Shown here: one piece after another, positions 16,590 to 24,512 of the stretch
How the letters are laid out: every line of letters begins with the position of its first letter
Position numbering within the stretch: the stretch's first letter is position 1
Virus record (IMG/VR): IMGVR_UViG_3300032296_003307
Coordinates: 1 to 64,000 of that record
Reading direction: 5' to 3' (one strand)
DNA length: 64,000 nt
The notes under the pieces: model-generated
The model's input: only the letters and a program-made list of their open reading frames with translations
Database searches by the model: none
Told to the model about the DNA's origin: nothing
Made by a program: the position numbers and the translations under genes

Positions 16590-17702
16590 ATGGACGCCTT
16601 AGATATATTTTTCAAAAAGTTCTCTTATAAATTCCCTAAAGGATACCCTGACATGAATAATGAACAGGATAGAGTATTATTGGTAAATTTATTAGAGCAA
16701 ATAGGATTCCCTACTTACAATACTATTATAGTGAAAGAATCAGCCCAAGACATTAAAAATGTTCTTATTGATGCCGGTTACAGTCCTGAAGATATCGTAA
16801 TCAAGAGCAGTAAACAAATACGTTTATTAACAAAAGGTAATGAACGTAAATCCACTATGGATAAACTTGTTCAAGATTTAGGTTATATTTATGACCCTAA
16901 TTTTAAAGGTTCTTCTTTAGGAGCTATTATAGCAGATGACGGAACAGCCATTATTGTTAAGCCAAAAGAAAAACAAGGTACTGGTTCTGCTGGTTTAGAT
17001 AATGAGCAAATGTTGGTTGATTCTATTAATCAATATACCGAAGAAGGTCCTATTAAAGTAGTATTTAAAGGAAGTAATAAAACTATTTCTTTTGATAATG
17101 TAACCAAAGCAAAATCAGTAGGAACAGCAACAGCAGGAAATAAAAAATCAGATGTAGCTCTATATTCTGGTGATAAAATAATTGGTAATCTTTCTCTTAA
17201 AAAGGCAAATGCCTCTATGTGGGAAAGTGCTGATAAAAGATACAAAGAATTAGTTAACAAACTTTCCGAAAAATTAATAAACAATCCCTTTCCTACTATT
17301 GGATTAAGAGAAACAGATAAAAAAGATATTTATCGTTTATATAATCCTAAAACAGGAACAGATTTAAGTGGAATTATTATTACAGATCTTCCGGACAATG
17401 AAAATGAATCAATTGTTTTTGGAACCGATGATCCTAAAGTTCAAGTAATTAAACATACATTCCAACCAAATGATTTTTCTTTCAATAATGGAGTTCTAAC
17501 AATTAATTCAGGCACTACATTTACTGATTTATCTGATATTGAAGGTACAGAATATGAACCTATTTTAGTTTTAAGACATGATGTTACTCGTACAGCAAGT
17601 AAAGGTTTAAGACCAATTGTTTACAATAAAAGCCATGGATACAGAGATGGTGAAATAAAAGGATCTCAAGCCGAGTTAACTTATGATCAAGCTATCTCTT
17701 AA
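16590..17702 (+). CDS. Putative restriction-endonuclease-fold (PD-(D/E)XK) nuclease
   Basis: E(QML)...KKSDVAL...NLSLKK pattern typical of the REase-fold catalytic core. Confidence 0.5.
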   Translation: MDALDIFFKKFSYKFPKGYPDMNNEQDRVLLVNLLEQIGFPTYNTIIVKESAQDIKNVLIDAGYSPEDIVIKSSKQIRLLTKGNERKSTMDKLVQDLGYIYDPNFKGSSLGAIIADDGTAIIVKPKEKQGTGSAGLDNEQMLVDSINQYTEEGPIKVVFKGSNKTISFDNVTKAKSVGTATAGNKKSDVALYSGDKIIGNLSLKKANASMWESADKRYKELVNKLSEKLINNPFPTIGLRETDKKDIYRLYNPKTGTDLSGIIITDLPDNENESIVFGTDDPKVQVIKHTFQPNDFSFNNGVLTINSGTTFTDLSDIEGTEYEPILVLRHDVTRTASKGLRPIVYNKSHGYRDGEIKGSQAELTYDQAIS

Positions 17703-17713
17703 TATTTATAACT

Positions 17714-18520
17714 ATGGATTTAAAAAAATTAATTAAAGAAGTATTAGAGGATAAAGATTGCTGCAAAGCAAAAAAACCTACTAAAGCGCCTATATTAAAC
17801 GAAAGCTTAGCTCCGCATGAGATATTGTCTGAGGGATTAAAATATCATATAGACAATAAAAAACCGCTTACCGAGCATGTTTACCGTGCTGGTTCAACTA
17901 ATTATTTCCATTTATGGGCTGAAGCCAGAGCACTATATTCTCGTGGTATTCTAGATTTTTCAGGTGATGATTTAGCAATTTTAACTGAAACCCATTTAGG
18001 TGAATTTGGTTACATAACTGAAATAGAAATAGGAGACAAAGTTAAAGCATCTAAAGAATATGGTGGATTATCAGGTGAGGTAGTAGATATTAGAGGTTCT
18101 TTTATTGTTGTTAAAACAAAAGAAGGAAATCAATCATATCATGAATCTGATTTAAAAGTATTAAACAAAGAAGCTAAAAAAGTTCCATTAGATTTTATAA
18201 TGGAAGAACTAGAAGAAGAATTAGACGAAGCTAAATCTAAACCAAAAAAGAAAAATCCCCCAATTGGAAAACCAATGCGTGGTGGTTCTAAAAAGTTTTA
18301 TGTTTATGTAAAAGCACCTGGTGGTAAAATTAAAAAAGTATCATTTGGTCAAGCAGGTATGTCTGCTAAAATTAATAACCCTGAAGCACGTAGAGCATTT
18401 GCTGCTAGACACGATTGTAAAAATAAAAAAGATAGAACAAAAGCATCTTATTGGTCTTGTCGTTTACCTCGTTATGCTAAATTATTAGGATTAAAGTCTA
18501 ATTTTTCAGGATTTTGGTAA
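17714..18520 (+). CDS. Modular hypothetical protein (SH3/KOW-like insert, basic C-terminal module)
   Basis: Leader MDLKKLIKEVLE; IGDKVK...GEVVDIRG; KKVSFG...RRAFAARHDC...YWSC. Confidence 0.7.
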   Translation: MDLKKLIKEVLEDKDCCKAKKPTKAPILNESLAPHEILSEGLKYHIDNKKPLTEHVYRAGSTNYFHLWAEARALYSRGILDFSGDDLAILTETHLGEFGYITEIEIGDKVKASKEYGGLSGEVVDIRGSFIVVKTKEGNQSYHESDLKVLNKEAKKVPLDFIMEELEEELDEAKSKPKKKNPPIGKPMRGGSKKFYVYVKAPGGKIKKVSFGQAGMSAKINNPEARRAFAARHDCKNKKDRTKASYWSCRLPRYAKLLGLKSNFSGFW

Positions 18521-18849
18521 TGATTAAATTTTCAAATATATTAAATGAGGTAAAAAAAGTTAAAGAAACTTTTGAAGAATTTGCTGGAATTAGAGGTAAA
18601 GGTGCTGCTAAAATAGCCGAAAATGCAGAAAAAAAAGGTGGTTTAGCACTTTTAACTTGGCACCATTTTAAGGTGAAAGCTCCCTACTACAAAAAAGCAA
18701 ATGAAGGTAAACTTGATTTAAAAGAAGCCGAAAAAGAATTTAAAGAAACATATAAAAAAATATCCTTAAACATGAGTCAAATCGAATTTCAAAGAGAGGT
18801 TGGTCGTTTAGAGGTTTTAGGTGAGCTTTTAATTAGAAATAAAAAGTGA
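18520..18849 (+). CDS. Hypothetical protein with leader peptide
   Basis: ATG 18520 overlaps the upstream TAA; leader MIKFSNILNE. Confidence 0.7.
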   Translation: MIKFSNILNEVKKVKETFEEFAGIRGKGAAKIAENAEKKGGLALLTWHHFKVKAPYYKKANEGKLDLKEAEKEFKETYKKISLNMSQIEFQREVGRLEVLGELLIRNKK

Positions 18850-19367
18850 TTAAATTATTAGATATATTAAGAGAAGCTAAACAAGCAGGTACTTTATATC
18901 ATTATACAACAATATTATCTTTACTTAAAATACTTGATAGTAATGTTCTAGGTGATGAAAGTCTTGGAAAATACGCTACAGTTTCTCTCACCAGAGATAA
19001 AAATTTTCATAAGAGAACTAGTATAATACCTACTGAATGTTGTATTGTTATAGATGGAGATAAACTTTCAAATAATTATAAGATTGTTCCTTACCAATGG
19101 AATGCAGCACATTTTAGTGGAAAAAAATCCACAGATACTGGAAAAATTGAGGACCAGATGGAAGAAGAAGTACAAGGTTCAATCAAAGGAGTTAGTAAAT
19201 ATATTAAAGAAATTATTATATATGAACTAGAACTTGATCCTTTACCATTTGATGATGATTTTACTTATGAGGCATCTAAAATAATTGATAAACCTAGTGA
19301 TGAAATAACAGCAAATGATATTATTGAATGGATTGAAAAAAAGGGATATAAAGTATCATTAGCATAA
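18846..19367 (+). CDS. Putative ADP-ribosyltransferase-fold protein
   Basis: GTLYHYT...KIL, VSLTR, QMEEEV (H-S-E/ExE pattern). GTG start; leader MIKLLDILRE. Confidence 0.55.
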   Translation: MIKLLDILREAKQAGTLYHYTTILSLLKILDSNVLGDESLGKYATVSLTRDKNFHKRTSIIPTECCIVIDGDKLSNNYKIVPYQWNAAHFSGKKSTDTGKIEDQMEEEVQGSIKGVSKYIKEIIIYELELDPLPFDDDFTYEASKIIDKPSDEITANDIIEWIEKKGYKVSLA

Positions 19368-19378
19368 AATATATTAAC

Positions 19379-19648
19379 ATGATTAAATTATTAGAAGTAT
19401 TAAACGAATCTCCTCAAAGCAGCTATCCTCCCTACATGTATTCTCCTATTGGGTTTGGATGTCATGTATGTAAATATCATTACATAGAAGAAGGAAAACA
19501 TATGTGTTCCAACAAATACTATCAAGAATACATTTCAGAACAGTTTCCTGATTTAGAGGATCCTGCTGAATTAGTAGATAATGAAGGTAATCCGATTAAA
19601 GATCCTTCAAAATGGTGTTCAAATTGGTTTATGCCTAAAGGTAAATGA
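19379..19648 (+). CDS. Small Cys-rich (Zn-binding) protein with leader peptide
   Basis: CHVC...C...WC; leader MIKLLEVLNE. Confidence 0.7.
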   Translation: MIKLLEVLNESPQSSYPPYMYSPIGFGCHVCKYHYIEEGKHMCSNKYYQEYISEQFPDLEDPAELVDNEGNPIKDPSKWCSNWFMPKGK

Positions 19649-19905
19649 GACCTTACATAGACTTAGAGGTTACAGATTCTTATATTATTCGTGAATTTAG
19701 CGAAAATATAGACCCTATAGAATTACTATGGCATCGTGATGATGAAAACAGAACAGTTGAAATAATTGGTGAAACAGATTGGAAATTACAATTAGATAAT
19801 CAATTACCAACCTCTATAAATCAACCCATATTTATACCAAAACACGAATGGCATCGTGTTATTAAAGGAACAGGAACACTAAAATTAAAAATATACAAAT
19901 CATGA
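19645..19905 (+). CDS. Small cupin-like protein
   Basis: LLWHRD...W..QLDNQLP...IFIPKHEWHRVIK cupin-type pattern. Confidence 0.6.
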   Translation: MRPYIDLEVTDSYIIREFSENIDPIELLWHRDDENRTVEIIGETDWKLQLDNQLPTSINQPIFIPKHEWHRVIKGTGTLKLKIYKS

Positions 19906-20507
19906 TTTTAACAGAAGAGATATTATTACTTCAAAAAAGAGCAGGCATCATTACTGAGGCCGAATACAAACAAAAACTTTCAGAAGTTGATGTTGAAGAT
20001 GAAATGTTTGCTGCAATGAAATCTGTAGCCAATATGATAGATACAGGTGCAGATAAGGTAAAACCTTCAACAAAAGATGGTCAACTACAAGAGGTTGGTG
20101 CTTTAACTTTAGGTGCTTTAGTAACTGGTGCTCCTGGATTACTTTCTGTTTTGGGTAAAGGTGCTAATTTAATAGGAAAAGTATTTGGAAAAAATAAAAA
20201 CAAAGTTGGTGAATTTTTAAAGAAAAAAGGACATCAATTAGAAGAATATTATCTTGAATCAATTGGAGGTTGGCTAAAATCAGCTTATCCTTCAAAATAC
20301 AATGATCAAGATCCTTTAGACAAAACAACTCCTTTATATGATGCTGCCCATAAAATTTATGGATCTCTTTTAATAGGAGCAGCCCTAGTATCAGGATACG
20401 AAGCAGGACAAGCATCAGGAATAGTACAAAAAGGAGTTGAAGGAGGTTTAGCTCTTCTTAAAGGTAAAGAAGTAATTGATATTGCTCAAAAGATAGCTGC
20501 TGCTTAA
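19902..20507 (+). CDS. Hypothetical protein with hydrophobic Gly/Ala helices
   Basis: N-terminal LLQKRAGIITE motif; two hydrophobic segments. Confidence 0.65.
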   Translation: MILTEEILLLQKRAGIITEAEYKQKLSEVDVEDEMFAAMKSVANMIDTGADKVKPSTKDGQLQEVGALTLGALVTGAPGLLSVLGKGANLIGKVFGKNKNKVGEFLKKKGHQLEEYYLESIGGWLKSAYPSKYNDQDPLDKTTPLYDAAHKIYGSLLIGAALVSGYEAGQASGIVQKGVEGGLALLKGKEVIDIAQKIAAA

Positions 20508-20562
20508 CTTATAGACCGATTCATAGCTTCTTATATATTTTATATATTTATAATAAAATACA

Positions 20563-20661
20563 ATGATAGGAATCTATAAAATTACAAATCCTGAAGGTAA
20601 AATTTATATTGGTTTATCTAAAAATATTGAAAAACGTTTTAAAAATCATAAAAATTTATAA
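20563..20661 (+). pseudogene. Truncated GIY-YIG homing endonuclease (32-aa remnant)
   Basis: MIGIYKITNPEGKIYIGLSKNIEKRFKNHKNL*: perfect GIY-YIG-R N-terminus then a stop. Preceded by ATATTTATA. Confidence 0.85.
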
Positions 20662-20668
20662 TTTAATA

Positions 20669-20809
20669 AAAATAACTATTTTAGAAGGAGATGGATGGTA
20701 TTTTCAAAGAGACAATGAATTACCTTTTGAACTTAAAGAAGGAGTTGACATATTTATACCAAGATTAGAATGGCACCGTGTTATTAAAATAAAAAGAAAA
20801 CTAAAATAA
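20669..20809 (+). pseudogene. 3' fragment of a cupin-like gene paralogous to 19645..19905
   Basis: GWYFQRDNELP...IFIPRLEWHRVIK aligns to the 19645 protein; no proper N-terminus. Confidence 0.75.
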
Positions 20810-20819
20810 AAATAGAAAA

Positions 20820-21059
20820 ATGAAATACTCAGAATTAAAACAAATTATTAAAGAAGAAATCCAAAAAGTTTTAAAAGAAAATTCTATAAAAAAGGATATT
20901 AATTATGATGAAGAATATCAAAAAATTCGACAAGAAATAATGGATGATTGGGGTTTAGTAGATGATGATATGGATGATGAAGAAAATGAGAATGATGTTA
21001 ACAGGGAGGCTGATGAAATTTTTTATGAAAAATTTGGAATAAACTTTTCAGATTTATAA
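20820..21059 (+). CDS. Small acidic protein with leader peptide
   Basis: MKYSELKQIIKEEIQKVLKE leader. Confidence 0.7.
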   Translation: MKYSELKQIIKEEIQKVLKENSIKKDINYDEEYQKIRQEIMDDWGLVDDDMDDEENENDVNREADEIFYEKFGINFSDL

Positions 21060-21071
21060 ATAATATTTACA

Positions 21072-21153
21072 GGCCGATTCATAGCCGGTCGCCCTTAATG
21101 GGATAAAATTATGATAGCTGTGGCATCTCCAAAAAAGATGCCACTTTTAATTT
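21072..21153 (+). ncRNA. Candidate structured RNA (pseudoknot + competing terminator)
   Basis: P1 GGCCG/CGGTC; its loop TCATAGC pairs with GCTGTGG (21117-23); P2 CCC/GGG. The pseudoknot strand overlaps the terminator stem. Confidence 0.55.
21120..21153 (+). terminator. Intrinsic terminator
   Basis: GTGGCATCT-ccaaaaa-AGATGCCAC followed by TTTTAATTT. Confidence 0.8.
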
Positions 21154-21204
21154 AAAAACAGGTGGTGGTCTGATGGGGTTTTCATATATTTATAATAGAA
21201 TAAT

Positions 21205-21846
21205 ATGATTAGTATATATATTTTAGAAAAAAATAATATTCCTTTTTATGTAGGAAAATCAAAAGATCCTATAAGAAGAAAACATAGACATAGACAAATA
21301 TATGGAGATGATATTGTTTTTTATGTAATAGATAAAGTAGAAGAAAATAATTGGAAATTCTGGGAATGTTATTGGATAGAACAATTTAGGCAATGGGGAT
21401 TTAATTTAACTAATAAAAACAAGGGTGGAGGAGGGCCTACAAAATGGACAGATATTCAAAAAGAAAATATTAATCCCTCTCGAATTAATGAAATAAAAAA
21501 TAATAAAGATAGAGGAATAAAAATTAGTAAAACTTTAAAAGAAAGAAACCATTCTCAATATTATACACAAGAGGTTAAAAATAAAATTAGCATAAAAAAT
21601 CAAAAACCAAGACCATTTACTAAAAAACACATTGAAAATATGGGTATAGCTAAACGAAAACAAGCCACTCCTGTACTACAGTACGATTTAGAAGGTAATT
21701 TTATTAAAGAATGGGAAAGTAAAGGACAAGCCGCCCTTTGGATAAAAGAACAAACAGGTAAAACAAGTAATTTGGTTTCTCAAATAAAAGATTGTATATT
21801 AGGGAGACAAAAAACCGCTTTTGGATATAAATGGAAATATAAATAA
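21205..21846 (+). CDS. GIY-YIG homing endonuclease with NUMOD-type DNA-binding domains
   Basis: SIYIL...FYVGKS...RR, ECYWI, LTNK..GGGG; C-terminal VLQYDLEGNFIKEWES...AFGYKWKY (NUMOD1-like). Confidence 0.85.
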   Translation: MISIYILEKNNIPFYVGKSKDPIRRKHRHRQIYGDDIVFYVIDKVEENNWKFWECYWIEQFRQWGFNLTNKNKGGGGPTKWTDIQKENINPSRINEIKNNKDRGIKISKTLKERNHSQYYTQEVKNKISIKNQKPRPFTKKHIENMGIAKRKQATPVLQYDLEGNFIKEWESKGQAALWIKEQTGKTSNLVSQIKDCILGRQKTAFGYKWKYK

Positions 21847-21854
21847 TAAATAAT

Positions 21855-23213
21855 ATGGATAAATATAATAAAAAAATTGTAATTGTTGGAAGTGGAGTAG
21901 CGGGAGCTAACGCTGCCACTAAATTAGTAGACAATGGATACCCCGGTCATCTGATAACAATGATTGATATGGGTAATGATCCTTATGAGCGTAAACCTGA
22001 AGAAGTAATGACAGGTTGGCTAGGTAGTGGAGGGTGGAGCGACGGCAAATTAACTTACCATACAGCAATTGGAGGTCAATTATCTAAATATGTTGGTGAA
22101 AAAAAAGCAATGGAATTAATGGATGAAGTCATTAATAACTTCAAACGTTTTCACCCTAAACCAGAGGAAGTACAATGTTCAAATCCAGAGGAAGAACCAG
22201 AATTTATTAAACCATATTTCGGATTAAGACTGTTTCCTGTTTGGCACGTAGGAACTGATTACCTACATGAAATTGGAAAAAATTGGTATGATTATTTAGT
22301 TTCTAAAGGTGTAGAATTTATTTGGAATGAAAGAGTATTTAAAGTTGATTTTGAGTCTCATTTAGTATATCGTACTGTTGATGGAAAAGAAGGTCATTAT
22401 GCTTTAGAATACGACCAACTTATTTTTGGAGTAGGTAAATCAGGTATTGACTTTGCTCAATCAATCCAAGATGAATATCAATTAGAAACAGAACCAAAAT
22501 CAGTTCAAATTGGAGTTAGATTTGAAGCACCACAACACCATTTTCAAAAATTAATTGACATTTCTTATGATTTTAAATTGTATCGTAAATTTGAAGATAA
22601 AGGTGTTTCATTACGTTCGTTCTGTACTAACAACAATGCTGCTTATGTTGCTGTAGAGGAAACTTATGGTGATTTGTCTTATAATGGCCATGCTAAAAAA
22701 GATCCAAAATATAGAAACGATATGACTAATTTTGGTATTTTGATGGAAATCAATGGAATTAATAATCCTTTTGAATGGTCACGTAATGTTGTAAATAAAC
22801 TACAATTTGGAGGTAGAGGTTTGTATTATTCTCCCTCTCGTACTCCTTCTAAAACATCTGAAGGTGAAGAAGTTAATGCTTTCCAAATTGATTTTTTACA
22901 TGGTGTAAAAGAAGTTATGGGTGAATATTGGAATTATATAGAGGATTTTATTGAGGATATGAAAAAAGTATTCCCAACACTTAAAGATGATTGGGGAGTT
23001 TATATTCCTGAGGTAAAATATCTTTCACCTGAACCCCTAGTTTATCCAAGTGATTTAGCTCTAATTGATTACCCAGATGTTCATTTTGTTGGTGATGCTT
23101 TATCAGCAAGAGGAATTACAGTAGCCGGAAGTCAGGGAATATTATCTGTTTCTAAACTAATTAAAAAAGAGGATGCGTGGGATAATATCCATGGTGATAT
23201 AGTTCATTGGTAA
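21855..23213 (+). CDS. FAD-dependent oxidoreductase (auxiliary metabolic gene)
   Basis: IVIVGSGVAG Rossmann motif, GSGGWSDGKL, C-terminal FVGD..ARGI. Confidence 0.88.
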   Translation: MDKYNKKIVIVGSGVAGANAATKLVDNGYPGHLITMIDMGNDPYERKPEEVMTGWLGSGGWSDGKLTYHTAIGGQLSKYVGEKKAMELMDEVINNFKRFHPKPEEVQCSNPEEEPEFIKPYFGLRLFPVWHVGTDYLHEIGKNWYDYLVSKGVEFIWNERVFKVDFESHLVYRTVDGKEGHYALEYDQLIFGVGKSGIDFAQSIQDEYQLETEPKSVQIGVRFEAPQHHFQKLIDISYDFKLYRKFEDKGVSLRSFCTNNNAAYVAVEETYGDLSYNGHAKKDPKYRNDMTNFGILMEINGINNPFEWSRNVVNKLQFGGRGLYYSPSRTPSKTSEGEEVNAFQIDFLHGVKEVMGEYWNYIEDFIEDMKKVFPTLKDDWGVYIPEVKYLSPEPLVYPSDLALIDYPDVHFVGDALSARGITVAGSQGILSVSKLIKKEDAWDNIHGDIVHW

Positions 23214-23215
23214 AA

Positions 23216-23247
23216 TTTGGCTTTTTAAAATAAATTTATTATATTAC
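23216..23247 (+). promoter_or_regulatory. Bacteroidota-type sigma70 promoter (TTTG-N20-TATATTAC)
   Basis: TTTG 23216-19, 20-nt spacer, TATATT 23240-45. Confidence 0.55.
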
Positions 23248-23251
23248 AGTT

Positions 23252-23500
23252 ATGAATACGAAATACGAACCAAGTAAACGACTGAAAAAAGCAGATGGTA
23301 CTATTGCTTATGTTTGGGATGGTAAACTACATAATTGGGAAGGTCCTGCTTTAATTCCTGAAGGCAACGAACGTAAAAGAGAATATTATATTCATGGTAT
23401 TCAATATACTGAAGATGGTTGGAAAGAAGCAAGACGTAATCGTGAGGGATTACCATGGTTTAAAAATCCATCAATTACAAATTCAAGAACAGCTGGTTAA
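23252..23500 (+). CDS. Small protein with LHxxxGPA motif
   Basis: GKLHNWEGPALI...EYYIHG single repeat unit. Confidence 0.7.
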   Translation: MNTKYEPSKRLKKADGTIAYVWDGKLHNWEGPALIPEGNERKREYYIHGIQYTEDGWKEARRNREGLPWFKNPSITNSRTAG

Positions 23501-23502
23501 TT

Positions 23503-24033
23503 ATGAAAATAGGATTATGTGGAACAATGAGTGTAGGTAAAACTACATTAGTAAATGCTTTAAAGCAATTACCTGAATTTGCAGATTATAATTTTGCAAC
23601 TGAACGTTCAAAGTATTTACGTGATTTAGGTATTCCATTGAATACTGATTCGACATTAAAAGGTCAAGTTATATTTTTGGCAGAAAGAGCTGCTGAATTA
23701 ATGAATGAAAATATCATTACTGATAGAACAGTTATTGATGTTATGGCTTTTACTAAAGTAGCTCAATCAATTAATTACTATGAGGCAGAAACTTTTTGTG
23801 ATTTAGCTAAAAATCTACTTCATGAATATGATTATATATTTTATGTATCTCCTGATGGTGTTGAAATGGAAGATAATGGAGTAAGAGAAATTGACTTGAA
23901 ATACAGAGAGCTTATTGATAATATTATTCAATTAAATTTAGAAAAATATAAACTTCGTATTAAAAACCTTGCTGAAATATCAGGAACAACTGAAGAACGG
24001 ATTGAAAAAATTAAAGAGACAATTTTTGGTTGA
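23503..24033 (+). CDS. NadR/AAA_28-type P-loop nucleoside(tide) kinase
   Basis: KIGLCGTMSVGKTTL, TERS, TDRTVID, YDYIFY, EDNGVRE. Confidence 0.8.
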   Translation: MKIGLCGTMSVGKTTLVNALKQLPEFADYNFATERSKYLRDLGIPLNTDSTLKGQVIFLAERAAELMNENIITDRTVIDVMAFTKVAQSINYYEAETFCDLAKNLLHEYDYIFYVSPDGVEMEDNGVREIDLKYRELIDNIIQLNLEKYKLRIKNLAEISGTTEERIEKIKETIFG

Positions 24034-24044
24034 TATTTATAATC

Positions 24045-24506
24045 ATGAGAAAATCTGATTTAAAAAACGAAATCAAAGAATATATCTACGAAATATTATC
24101 TGAAGTAACAATGGTTGGTCCTGATACAGAACTTTCTGATATCCCTTCTATAGCCAAATCAGAAAAAACAAATCCAACAACAGTTAAAGCAGCAATTGAT
24201 CAAGCTAAAAAAACAAAACAAGCAGTTGCTGTAGCTGAATCTGATGATGAAGATAGAGAACCTACCAAAGCAGAATTAGCAAAAGAAAAAGTAAAAACTG
24301 TTTCTAAATTCAAAATCCCAAACTCTGAATTTGAAGATTTTAAAACTAAACTTAAAACTTTAGTTAAGAAAATCAAAGCAATGGAATCAGGTGAAGAAAA
24401 AACCAAAAAGATGGCCGCTTTAAAACAATTCATTAAAAAACCAGAACTGGTTAAAGCATTCAAAGAAAGAGACGTTCAAATTGATACTGACGGATTAGTC
24501 GGTTAA
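24045..24506 (+). CDS. Hypothetical protein with leader peptide
   Basis: ATG 24045 directly after ATATTTATA; MRKSDLKNEIKEYIYEILSE. Confidence 0.7.
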   Translation: MRKSDLKNEIKEYIYEILSEVTMVGPDTELSDIPSIAKSEKTNPTTVKAAIDQAKKTKQAVAVAESDDEDREPTKAELAKEKVKTVSKFKIPNSEFEDFKTKLKTLVKKIKAMESGEEKTKKMAALKQFIKKPELVKAFKERDVQIDTDGLVG

Positions 24507-24512
24507 TATTAT

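Noticed and set aside
21072-21153. Assignment of the RNA to preQ1-I, SAM-II or HDV-like/theta ribozyme families
   Set aside because: The similarity is superficial (5-bp P1, A-rich linker, GGCCG start). It lacks the preQ1 L2/C ligand position, the SAM-II consensus and the HDV P3/P1.1 nesting.
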